In this document: one piece after another, positions 12,091-24,093 of the stretch
Layout: each line of letters opens with the position of its first letter
How positions within the stretch are numbered: the stretch's first letter is position 1
Source of the DNA: Octopus bimaculoides
Taxonomy: Eukaryota
Direction of reading: 5' to 3'
Assembly: GCF_001194135.2 (NCBI RefSeq)
Contig: NC_068984.1
Location: 38,198,347 to 38,262,346 of the forward strand
Length of the DNA: 64,000 bases
The notes under the pieces: model-generated
Told to the model about the DNA's origin: nothing
The model's input: only the letters and a program-made list of their open reading frames with translations
The model's database searches: none
Program-made: the position numbers and the translations under genes

Positions 12091-12820
12091 AATAATTAAG
12101 ATTCAGTTGAATTAGGTACTTAAATTGAGACACCAAGCCAGTTTGATATTGTCTGTGCAGCTCGAAGTTAGGTGAATAAAAGGCAAATAAATAACAAGGA
12201 TGTTCAGGTATGCATTTATACCTGGACATCTTTGTTACTTATTTGCCTTATATATATATATATATATATCGTTGCCAGGGCCCCTGGGCTGGCTCTTGTG
12301 CAGGTGGCACATAAGATGTACCATCCTGAGCGTGACTGTTGCCAGTACTGCCTGACTGGCCTTGTAGGGTTTTCGAGCGAGATCGTTGCCAGTGCCCCTG
12401 GACTGGCTCTTGTGCGGGTGGCACATAAAAGACACCATTTCGAGCATGGCCGTTTTCATGCGGGTGACACGTAAAAGCACCCACTACACTCTCTGAGTGG
12501 TTGGCATTAGGAAGGGCATCCAGCTGTAGAAACTCTGCCAAATTAGATTGGAGCTTGGTGTAGTCATCTGGTTGCACCAGTCCTCAGTCAAATCGTCCAA
12601 CCCATGCTAGCATGGAAAGCGGACGTTAAACGATGATGATGATGATGATGATGATATATATAAGGCAAATAAGTAACAAGGACGTCCAGGTATGCATTTA
12701 TACCTGGACATCCTTGTTATTTATTTGCCTTTTATTCACCTAACTTCGAGCTGCACAGACGATATCAAACTGGCTTGGTGCCTCAATTTAAGTACCTAAT
12801 TCAACTGAATCTTAATTATT
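12091..12820. repeat. Nested palindrome (foldback/MITE-like): two 159-bp inverted arms, each containing a 32-bp-stem hairpin, around (TA)n plus an RTE 3' fragment
   Basis: 12091-12249 is the reverse complement of 12662-12820 with 5 transitions outside the 6-nt loop. The unit is flanked by TA microsatellites. Confidence 0.9.
12270..12655 (+). mobile_element. 5'-truncated RTE LINE 3' UTR with (GAT)n tail
   Basis: Near-identical to 59089-59328, which follows the RTE ORF end; ends catggaaagcggacgttaaac(gat)n. Confidence 0.85.
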
Positions 12821-12966
12821 ATATATATATATATACACACACACAAAGGGGATCTTCACTTTTAGGACATCAATTTCACTCTAAGTTTTTTTTCTTAATC
12901 CGTAGGTAATATCAGTTCATATGGTGGCCTGCAAAGTATATATATTGATATATACATTGACACCTA

Positions 12967-14205
12967 CAGGGTGTTCAGGTTAAATTTGATTAATGATTTT
13001 TGTCTCCTTTTTTTTTTTTTTCAAGAACATCTTGATGTATTGGTGAACTGTCAACAGTGTTAGAGAACATAAAGATTAAAGTTGTAGTTAAGCTAAAATT
13101 ACTTGACACAGAGGACTGGAAGCCATTTAAATATTGGAAAACAGTTACCTGTATCATGATGATCTGCACTAGGCATCAAAATGCCAACATCATGACTGCT
13201 ACTCAATGCTCTGTGAACCATTGTAAAGGTTGTAAGACTTGACATGGACAGTTGTAACAGAGACTATGAAGCTGTGGCCAGCTGGAAGGGACAGAGCAGG
13301 TATTGATTGTGTCCACATGCCTGAATTCATCCAACAACTGCAGGACAAGGGGAAAGAAGGTCCAAGCAAGAGAATCTGAGCTTTAGCAAGAGAGATGGGT
13401 GTTGGAGTGACCACCATGAAGCTGACTCTGAATGAGGACTTTTAGTACCACTTATACAAGAGGTACAAGGAACAAATTCTGACAGTCAAGGTCAAGGAGA
13501 TTCGCTTGGCAGAGGTGAAGAAGCTCCTAAACAAGCTAAGGCATCCTGTTGAAAAGGAGATGATCTGGTTCTTCTCAGATGAAAGGAACTTCTGCCAGGA
13601 CCAGTTGAACAACACCCACATCAATAGATGGTTGGCCTACATATCATGAAAATCAAGTTTCTCCAAACTGTGATAATCTTTTGGGTGAGAGTGATATTTG
13701 AACAGACCTTAGGTTCAACTCAGACAGCTATATGAAGATCCTGGAGACTGTGGTCAAACCCTTGTTAGACAGGATTGCTACTGGTAGGCCATATGTGTGA
13801 CAGCAGGATTCGACCCCTTGCCATAACTGGGAGAAAAATCAGAAGCAGTTATCTACAACTTCACCAGTCCCAATTTCTGGCCTCCTAATTCCCCTGATTG
13901 TATCTCATGGGATAATATGTGCTGGGAACGGTTGAGAAAGAGACCAACTGCTCAGCCTGCAACACCAAGGCTGAGTTGGTGGTCAAGACCAAGGATGTAT
14001 TTGAAGAATGCATATGCCAGGTTCTGGAGCCATTTTGAGACCATGGTGGAAGCCGAAGGCAGTACTTTGAGTAAAGTGTTATCTCCCAGCCATAATGTAG
14101 TTGATATTTTCTTTTTGAATTTTTCAAAATACTTTTATTTTTGGATGGAATATTGTGTTTTCTTTTCCTTTTATGCAAACTGTCAAATTTAGCCGAAACA
14201 CCCTG
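12967..14205 (+). mobile_element. Degenerate Tc1/mariner element of DD37D (maT)-like type
   Basis: TIRs cagggtgttcaggttaaatttga / tcaaatttagccgaaacaccctg (20/23 match) after TA. Broken transposase with IWFFSDE, QQDSTPCH and WPPNSPD motifs; homologous to 57281-58156. Confidence 0.8.
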
Positions 14206-15024
14206 TGTATATATACCCATATATACTTATACGTATACTGTCTGACTCATATGTGTATGGAAAAGTGGACGTTAAATGATACTGAGGCTGACTGATATGT
14301 GTGTGTGTGTATGTATGTATGTATGTATGCNNNNNNNNNNNNNNNNNNNNNNNNNNNNNNNNNNNNNNNNNNNNNNNNNNNNNNNNNNNNNNNNNNNNNN
14401 NNNNNNNNNNNNNNNNNNNNNNNNNNNNNNNNNNNNNNNNNNNNNNNNNNNNNNNNNNNNNNNNNNNNNNNNNNNNNNNNNNNNNNNNNNNNNNNNNNNN
14501 NNNNNNNNNNNNNNNNNNNNNNNNNNNNNNNNNNNNNNNNNNNNNNNNNNNNNNNNNNNNNNNNNNNNNNNNNNNNNNNNNNNNNNNNNNNNNNNNNNNN
14601 NNNNNNNNNNNNNNNNNNNNNNNNNNNNNNNNNNNNNNNNNNNNNNNNNNNNNNNNNNNNNNNNNNNNNNNNNNNNNNNNNNNNNNNNNNNNNNNNNNNN
14701 NNNNNNNNNNNNNNNNNNNNNNNNNNNNNNNNNNNNNNNNNNNNNNNNNNNNNNNNNNNNNNNNNNNNNNNNNNNNNNNNNNNNNNNNNNNNNNGAGGGA
14801 GGGAAAGAGAGAGAAGGGGGATCCTCCTTCCTATTTACCATTCATTTATTTATTTATTTAGTCTTTTACCATTGTATTGGAATGTGTTTAAGGATGGTGA
14901 CCTCTGCAAAAAAAAAAAAATCTTTTTGCTTTTTGCTTTATTTCTCTCTTTCCCTCATTTTCTCCCTCTTTCTTTCTTTTTTCCTCTTTCTTTCTTTTTT
15001 CCTCTTTCTTTCTTTTTCTCCTCT

Positions 15025-16150
15025 TTGAGTTATATTTAGAATACAGAATGTCTTCCCTTTCTTTCAAACATTCAATTTTGGAGAGAATTTTTTTTGATGA
15101 AATATAGTTCTGCATGAAAAAACATTAGTATAAATTTACAAATTAAAAATTTTTTAAATAAATAAAATAAAAAATACATATGTACATATATACATAAAGC
15201 TAGAACATCCCAATGCTACACATATATGTACCTGAACATTTGTAGAGATGAGCCACATTTGGAATAAAAAATGCAAATTCTCTGCTTTACCTTAAAACAT
15301 TAAATTTTGGAGAGAATCCCTTGATGAAGGGTGTGTGTGCGCGCGCGCGTGTGTGTGTGTGTGTGCGTGTGTTTTGGAACATGTCCATGTTTATGCTGTG
15401 TAACAGCATTAGAGAACATTAGTATAACACTTACAAACTAGAGAAACATGCAAAGCTCAGAACATCTCAATACCACATATACACACCTAAGTATTTACAG
15501 AGATGAGCATTATGTTTCCGACATTTGAGTTCTATTTAAAATACAAAATGTACTGTCTCCGCTTTTCTTTCAAACATTCAATTTTGGAGAGAATTTTTGA
15601 TGAAATGTAGTTCCATTGCTTTTTGGTATTGCGGATCATCCCATACACATTTGTAAAAGGGAAAAATTTTGAATTTTCCATCGCTGCATATCTCCAGATG
15701 CTTACTTAATGGAATCTTGTGTAATTCCTCTTGACGGATATGTTGCCTGTGGATTCTTGCATGTTGGCAGAGGGAATTATTTGTTTCACCAATGTAATTT
15801 TCTTTGCGGTTTGGGTAGGTAATGCAGTATGTGAGGTTTTGCCTTTTGCAGTTCATATCTGCATTTATTTTGACAAGGGATCCGCTCTTGAATTTTATGT
15901 GGGAACCATTTTCCAAGTTTTTGAAGTTGTTGATGTTGTTGTATGTTCCACATCTCCTACCTCCGTATTCTTTTACTAAGAATTCTAATTCATTATATGG
16001 TTTGAATTCTGCCTGTGTGAGGTGTTTTTAAGATTTTTTAGTTGGCATCTGCTATTCCATAAGGTGATCTTTTCAATCAGATTTTTCAATTTGGGGTTTT
16101 GTAAGAATATAAGTAAGTTCGATTTTATGGCATGAAAGATGTTGGTTATT
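15025..16150 (-). mobile_element. Penelope-like retroelement 3' fragment (GIY-YIG endonuclease) with tandem pseudo-LTR-like copies
   Basis: ORF 15578-15916 reads NLTYCITYPNRKENYIGET...HIR...FKIFPFY...ELHFIK. Upstream KNLKKHLT and RCGT motifs. The ORF-end block is repeated at about 15066, 15295 and 15571. Confidence 0.85.
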
Positions 16151-16744
16151 CCAGGACTGTGTGAGTTAATAAAAAATCAAAGGTAATTTATTTATACAAA
16201 ATTCAATATCCACTAAATAATCATACTTTTTCACATTTTTTTTCACTAAAAACCTTCCTGATTACCTTCTTCATAATCCAAAAAAACACCATGATCATTG
16301 GTCCAGCTGTTTGACTGTGAAGTGGGAACAGACAGACAGATGGACATAACACTTATTCTTTCTTATCCATTTCCACACTTCTCAATAATAAACACTACAT
16401 TTTCATGAGAAAGCATAGAGTTTATTACAGGCTATAGGTATTTATGGGAAGTTAAATATGAAAATTTATGAACTGTAAATGATTTTCTTTCAAATAATTC
16501 TGTTCTTGCTCTGTCATTGTATAATCTGGCTGTTATTTGTTTTTAAATCTGATAATACACATACAGAAACAAAGATTTATCATGTCAAAGTAGCCTAAAT
16601 TTTATGCATTTATTTTTGAGTAATACTTATGCTAGACAGTGCATACTTTGGCAATAATCACTGTATGCAACACAGCAATGTTTATCCAGCAATTTTTGTT
16701 GATATTTCAGTGACTAACCATCTTTCAGACTTGTATTTTATATT

Positions 16745-17095
16745 ATGGTTTCAAAGAGAATAATAATCTAAAGGAAAGCATGTGTCCTATTTGTGGGCCA
16801 GAAGCTGGAACGTGTAAGGAAGTTAGAGGCTGGTGCTTCAGGGGTGAGTGTTTGTGAAGAATATAATGTTAAAAAGCAAACAATTTTGGGATGGTGCAAA
16901 TCTAAGGACAAACTCACTATATGTTCTCTAAACTATAATGTTGATCCGAGGAAGCATATGAAAGTTCCAAAAGCTACAAATCTCGAAGGGAGAATATCAA
17001 AGTGATTTATCCATCAATGACCTTGTGGTAACAAAATCTATGATGTAAAAATTGTGTTGTCATGCTTGATGGACATATGTGCATTAACAATTTTG
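16745..17095 (+). pseudogene. Tigger/pogo (CENP-B HTH) transposase N-terminal relic
   Basis: Frameshifted KRKHVS..QKLE..RKLEAG.S...VCEEYNVKKQT...KSKDKL...RKHMKVPK.TNLE...KWFI, typical of Jerky/TIGD N-termini. Confidence 0.65.
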
Positions 17096-17096
17096 A

Positions 17097-17344
17097 AGCA
17101 TCAAATCTATATTTTTCCCACCTTTGTTGTTTTGCTATCAATACATACATTAACACAATTATTTCATTCCAAACTTATTTTCTAAAAAAGTTGTCTACTT
17201 TCAATAAAACCTTATCTATTGTACATCCATCTAATGATTGATAAAAAAAACTAAGTCCTCATGCACAGTGTTTTCATACAAATATTTGATAAATACTAAT
17301 AATTGAGGTGCATTTGTAATATCAGTTGATTCATCTGAGTCAGT
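17097..17344 (-). repeat. Inverted duplicate of 17787-18010 (part of the hAT transposase relic)
   Basis: agcatcaaatc...gaggtgcatttgtaat..gttgattcatctgagtcagt aligns throughout with the reverse complement of 17787-18010, with small indels. Confidence 0.85.
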
Positions 17345-17399
17345 TTTAATTATAAAAACTAAGAAACCATACATGATTGGTGAATGTCTTCAGAAAGAA

Positions 17400-18290
17400 A
17401 CACCAAAATTACTGATAAAATTAGTAAAATCCCGCTTTTATTCGACATGGTATGTTAAAGAATTTCAGAAATTAGAAAATAACTCATTTGGGGGATTTAT
17501 TGAAAGAATTAACTGAAGTACTAAATTTGTGATTCACTTAGATCAGTGGTTCTCAACCAGGGTCCATATGATCCTTGTGGAGTCCATATAAAATTGTGTT
17601 ATTAAAATTTATCTGCAATAAATTGGTTATACTGCTGCAATACTCAAAATATTTTAACATTTTTTATGCAATTCCTAATGATATTTAATTATAAAAATAC
17701 AAAGGGATTTTATTAAAACTTCAAATAGTCCTTCTGAGTAAAATAGGAATCAAAGGGGTCTACAGGCAAAGAAATGGTTGAGAAAGACTGACTTAGATGA
17801 ATCAACTATTACAAATGCACCTCATTAGTATTTGTCAGATATTTGTATGAAAACAGTGCATGAGTGTTTAGTGCTTTATCAATCATTAGATGGGGCTTTA
17901 TTGAAAGTAGACAACTTTTTTTTAGAAAATAAATTTGGAATGAAATAACTGTTAGTGTATGTATTGATAGCAAAACAACAAAGGTGGGAAAAAATATAGG
18001 ATTTGATGCTAAAATTAAATCTGTTACCAATGCACTTGCTAAATTCACTCATTGTATGATGCATTAAAATTACAATTATTTCTTCAGGGCTAAATGCAGT
18101 AATACATGATGCTATAAATATTATCAGCTTCATTAAAAATTATGCAATGACTAGCTGTCCATTTCCCAAATCTACACCAGGATATGAGAGCATTAAAGTT
18201 TTATTTTGTGCATAGATGTTTTATGGTTGTCAAAGGGATTGGTTTTGAGACAACTAGTGGACAACAAGTTGTCAGAAAAAAAAAATGAAA
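17400..18290 (+). pseudogene. hAT (Charlie/Buster-like) transposase relic, interrupted by a MITE
   Basis: Broken frames give KIPL...RIS, FVIHLDEST (rejoined across the MITE), SVCIDS..VGKNIGF..KIK, THCMMH, DAINIISFIK and WLSKGLVL, collinear with the LDEST / CTDGA / HC.LH / WLSRG motifs. Confidence 0.8.
17544..17790. mobile_element. Non-autonomous hAT (Charlie-type) MITE
   Basis: TIRs cagtggttctcaacc / ggttgagaaagactg with a perfect 8-bp TSD acttagat (17536-17543 and 17791-17798). Confidence 0.9.
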
Positions 18291-18442
18291 TTCTGCAAAA
18301 TTTTTTCATGGTGAGAATTGAGTTTGCAAATTATACCATTTGTCAGACATATTTGAAAAGCTCAATGACTGTATTTTGTCCCTGTAAGGGAAGAACACAA
18401 AACATTTTCGTTTTGAAAGGCATATTTCAACATAGATCTAAA

Positions 18443-18695
18443 CATCAGCATCATCATCATCATTTAACATCTGCTTTCCATGCTGGCATGGATTAGACAG
18501 TTTGATTGAGGACTGGCAAGTCAGGAGGCTGCACCAGCCTCCAATCTGATCTGGCAAGGTTTCTATAGCTGGATGCCCATCCTAATGCCAACCACTCCAA
18601 GGGTGCGGTGCAGTGAGTGGTTTTTATGTGCCACTGGCATGGGGACCAGTCAGATGGCACTGGCATCAACTCTGCTTGAATGGTGCCTTTTACTT
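18443..18695 (-). mobile_element. RTE LINE 3' UTR fragment (older copy)
   Basis: (cat)n then ttaacatctgctttccatgctggcatgg...ctggatgccc..cctaatgccaaccac; reverse complement of 59089-59328. Confidence 0.8.
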
Positions 18696-20044
18696 AAAAA
18701 TATTTGATGGTCATGGTTGGAACACCTTTGATGAGAGTCTGCTGGATCAGAACTGATCAGGGATTAAACAACAACAACAACAATACTTTAATAAGTCAAG
18801 CCAGTGAGGGAGTCCTTACATAGTAATTCAACCAGCCAGAAATAGCAACCAAATCTTCTTTAAAACCATACTTTACCATCTTAAAATGGGAAGGATACAA
18901 CACACAGTGTAATGTATATCTAAATATATTACGTATGAATACAAAATGAGGTGGTGATACCTGAAACATCTTTGATCATAGGACTGTTTATCAGGGCTGG
19001 CCTGGGGCTGAAATACTACAATAATGTAATGAATGAAGACAATGAGAGGGCCTGAACCTGCTCAGAATAGCAGATTCATCTCCTTCAAATCAAACCAAAT
19101 TCTATGTTTAGAAAAATGCATGATGTATTGGATAATGTTGTCCTAGATATAAAGACTGGAGTACTTTTGATCATCACTTTCTTGCTTTACGCCACATCAC
19201 TTATGAACATTTGACTCCTACTCAAAAGCACAGTATGTCCTTCATTGGAGTTTTCTTAACTACGGTCTTGGATCATCTGCATGGTTTGTCAGACCACATG
19301 TTGGATGTTTTTACAAGACACCACTCATGTGGATAGCTGTTGGCTCACAATGACTTCATCCATCCTTTGATGTGTCTTGTTCCTTTGTCCTGCAGTATGT
19401 CCATAACACTTACTTCACCTGGCAAGCCAAGTGGGAGGGGCCAGTTTTGTTGCTGACCACCCCAACCATGAAACAGGTAGTATTGTGTTACATGGTACTA
19501 GTGGCAAGACTTTCCCAGCCCGGTTCAGGACTAAATCACTGGTTAAACAACAAATACAATATATTAAGGCATCCTCCTTTCAAGTTGACAAAGAATAAAA
19601 GAGTTAAATGATTTAATTATTCAGGTTAGTGAAAGGGATGAGATTTGAACCCATGATACCATGATCAAGAGACAAGGGCCACTGTCTGATAGGCTGTTGG
19701 TCATATGTTACCAACAGGATTATTTTGTTTTTATTGATTAAGAGAATATTACCAATTCCAGTAGAGTCCAAATAATCCTGAAAAATAACATTGCCAAAAA
19801 CACTGCAGTAAATCAATGTTGTTGTATAGTTGTGGGCGTTATGCACCATCATAATGATATATATTCATACATAGGTGTGTGTGTGTGTGTACACACACAT
19901 ACACATACACACACGCAGATATATATATAATCATGTGTGCATGTATATATACATGAGTGTGCATTCATACATGTATTTATACATATGTGTGTGTACATAT
20001 ATGTATACATATATATATGTATGTATATACATACATACATTCGT

Positions 20045-20126
<82 letters not shown>

Positions 20127-21249
20127 TAGCTGAATACCCATCATTGCCAGGCAATTTTTACAATAGAATGTCTTAAATTTTTGTGCATTCCATGTTAGAT
20201 CATGCCTTCTCCAACAGATAAGCCTCTTGATCAGGACAAATTTGTGCAATTTTTCACCAAAAACTTTGTTAAGGATTTTTTTCCTTTTCAAATTATTTAC
20301 ATGTGTGTTCGACCATTTCACATGACTTTATTCATTAAAACTTCAGAAGTTCTTACAATTTTGGTTGGTATAATGCTTTGCTTTCATTCGTTTAATAAAA
20401 ATTCCTTCTCGTAATGCCTTTGCTTTCATTTTGTGATAGGCAGCTATTGTGCAGAAAATGCCAGCTATCATGTAGAAAATGTCAGCTTCCAAATCCTGTT
20501 TTCTGATTAGGTAAAATTTATTAAATTTTGAACCTCAGTAATATTTTTCTGCAACTATTCTGAAACAAATAAATAACAAAATTGGATTTAACATGGAAAA
20601 TTATTTCAATATACCAAATTTGAAAACTTTGACATAATTTTAAAATCTCACAATATGTGACAGCAACAGGGAAGACCCTACAAAAGTAGGGAGATAGACA
20701 GTTATAGGACGTCACACACACACACATACACACACACACACACATTTACAAACATATACATTGGTAATCACAAGTTTAAAATGGTGTATAGCAGGCATAT
20801 GTGTGTACATATGTATGTATATATATGTATGTATGTGTGTGAGTGTTTCTTTGCGATTGACATCAGAAAAGCCACCCAACCCTCTCTCCTTAAAGTTACG
20901 TATTCCTCACGCCTACCTTTTTGTGTCTATAGATGTGGTAGCTATGTATTTATGAAAGTATGTATGCAGCATTGCATGTATATGGCAGCTGTATTAATCT
21001 TATCACCCCATTGCCACTCAATATTTGTCACTTTCATAATGCTGTTCTTGCCATCCCTGATATAAGTCATCTGCTGCCCGTTTCCCTCTGACTAATACTT
21101 TTTGCACCCTTCTCATTTTATCATATAATTCACTGAACCCCACTAGAAGGCACATTATAGATTTTTATTGAAATCCAACTGGCCTGTCATTGAACTGGAA
21201 GTTAGTATAACATGTTTGCAAAGTTTTGTGAATATTGGTTTGCTGGTTT

Positions 21250-21365
21250 AGGCAAGATGGCGAGATGGTGTGATGGCGGTTGCTATGGCATTGAGGTAGA
21301 TCCGGCCACCCCTGTTAACAGGGACAAAACCCAGATTTAAAACACTGGAAGATGATGATGATGGT
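21250..21365 (+). mobile_element. 3' end of a second RTE-like LINE family
   Basis: gatccggccacccctgttaacagggacaaaacc (VDPATPVNRDKT) followed by a (gat)n tail, typical of RTE-type termini. Confidence 0.5.
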
Positions 21366-21444
21366 AACAGACAGAAATTTCCATTTATATATACGATATA
21401 ATGCAAGTATGAAATGTGGGTGGAAATGATGATGATAATGATTT

Positions 21445-21484
<40 letters not shown>

Positions 21485-22788
21485 TACCTATGGAAAGAGA
21501 GAGAGAGAGAGAGAGAGCAATTGAGTGAGAGAGAGAATGAAAGAAAGAGACACATACAGTCCACATGAAGAAATTTGTGTGTGTGTTTGTGCGTGTGTGT
21601 TGTTTAAATTGATAACTGGACAGCAATCAATTCCATGTTTCTAGAGAATTCATTGATTTGTTGTTGTGTAAAGTACAGCTGAGATATTAATTACTATATA
21701 TCAATACAACAGAGTTTATAGTGCATCTACTTTGTTTCTCTGTATGTATGTTTCACTTTATGTACATGTGTACATGTCTGCCTTGTATCTTTGTGAGTGA
21801 TTTATGGTTTTGCAGTTTTTCAATATAGCAATTTAAACATCACACTCATACATACTTATTCACATGCCTTCGTTCCCATACACACATTCATACATGAATT
21901 TATGCATGGGTGTGTGTAAGTGTTAATCTTTATGTGTCTTTATGAGTTTTTATGTGTTTTTATGCTGTCTTCTTTTGTGATTATTTGAACACTTCTAATA
22001 AAGAAAGTGCTGGTTTGCAGCAAAAGAAAAAAAGCTCAGTCACTGGAATTTAGATAACAATAATAGTGAAAATTTACATGTTGAGCATTACAGATGTCTT
22101 TTATACTTTTACTGTTCTGTTTACAGATTATATTTTAGATTATGTAGCTGGTCATTTTCTTTGGGAGTAAACCCTGGCTTTTAGGATTAACTATAACACA
22201 GCCTATTGCACTAATAACTATAGATATAAATGTGAATTTATAATTTGGGTTTCAAAGTATTTATCTGTAAATTGTCTATTTCTCACTGGTTTTGAGCAAA
22301 TTGTTCACATTAGCAAGTCTTTATATATATATACACACACACCAAGATCCCATGGGTAGCCAGTCTTATATTCCTTTGTTACGGTGTGGAGGACTATAAC
22401 AAATAAGAGGGGACTGAAAACCAAGCTCTAGTGAACTCCTAGTACACTAGATTCATCTCTGTATTCATGGCTGACCCTCACCCTACTGAAAGCACCTCTA
22501 TACATAGCTTGTATGGCTCTAACAAGCCATTCATCTACTCCTAGCTTCTTTAGAGACCATCATATCTTAGAACAAGGAACTCTGTCAAAGGCTTTCTCCA
22601 GGTTGATAAATACCAAGTATAATGGTTTACTTTTAGCTAGATATTTCTCTGGCAGCACACTCTCACTAGGAAGATGGCATCTGCAGTACTCCCCGCTGGC
22701 ACAAAACCAAACTCCATCTGACCTAGTCTAATTCTGTTCCTAATCAATTGGGCTATCTACACACACGCATGCACGCACGCACGCATGC

Positions 22789-22827
<39 letters not shown>

Positions 22828-24093
22828 TTTTGCTATGTTTATTAAATTTTGCCATGCCACACATGCATACCTAACTATGTACCTACATACATATACCTGC
22901 CTGTCAACAAAGTATATGTACATGAAACAAGCAAACAATATAGAACAAAGGATACACATAACATAAACTATAACCATCGACTGTTTCTGATACATATTTC
23001 ATAATAATTGATTTTTTTTTTACTTTTACACTTATGTTTCTAAACAGAGGAATTGATTACCAGTTTTTATGAACTTCACTTCAAATACAACACATGTAGA
23101 TAATTATCAATAACTATATCTTTCTCTTGGCCTGAATGAGAAGGTGTGGTTATCTAAATAAATGTTATTGTCATGAAGAAAGAAGTTCAATGTTTTGAGC
23201 TTTGGCCCTTTATCAAGGAGGGGAAAAGAGTTTTGTAGCTGTGGCTGAAACTGGGTCATGTAAATTACTGATGCTTAAAGAGGTTTCCAAAATTCTCTCT
23301 TCTTTCCTTTTATATAGAGCCTGAACCCAAAACACTGATAGTCATTCTTTTGTCATAGTAACAACATTTACTTAAGCTCCTATACTTCATATTGGTTTGT
23401 TTTGTAATTGGAGTGGAGAGTATGACAGAGAACAAGGGGAAAGAGAAGAGGTTAATGACAGGGGTTACACATGACTATAAATTCATAAAATATATAAAAT
23501 ATACTTTTTTACTATTTTACTAATTTCAGTCATTGGACTACAACCATGCTGGAGCACTGCTGATGAAGGTTTCATTGATCTTATCAACTCCAATACATAT
23601 TCCAATGTGGATCTTATTTTATTGATCTTTATTTGTATTCTTTTCATCTGTTTGTTGAATTAAGTTACATGAAACAACATAAACACAAACATAGGCACAA
23701 GCACAGACAAATATCAGCACTTTGCATATGTGATTATTTATTATGTATGTATGCGTGTGTGTATGCATATAACAGGTACAGGTATAGCTGTGTGGTTTAG
23801 AAGATTGCTTCACAGCCAGTTGTTTGGGTTCAGTTTGAATGTACGGCAACTTGAGCAATTGAATTCTACTATAGCCCCAAACTGACCAAAGTCTTATGAG
23901 ATTTGGTATTCAGAAACTGAAATAAGTTCTTCACATATGTATGTGTGTGTGTGTTTTTGAAAACAAATTTTGTGTAAATACTGTTTTCAGTTTTGCAAAT
24001 ACATGTGTTAAAGATAATCCATTAAGAAGTAGTTTGTTTTAGTAGAGGGTTTCACCATCTACAGTTAAATTTGGATTTAGAATTCTTATGGAG

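Noticed and set aside
14272-15039. Longest ORFs in the track (also 31846-32944, 40737-41355 and 45494-46046)
   Set aside because: They are open only because they cross N gaps.
19396-19476. Exon-like segment encoding KWEGPVLLLTTPT, resembling a gammaretroviral integrase WxGPxxVLLTTPT motif
   Set aside because: No other retroviral sequence is nearby. The DNA (acctggcaagccaagt) matches the RTE ORF terminus seen at 58930, so it is probably an old LINE end and a chance match.
20440-20511. Exon-like segment with a CxxC-like repeat (LCRKCQLSCRKCQ)
   Set aside because: It is a 21-bp tandem duplication, and all three frames stop before the donor.
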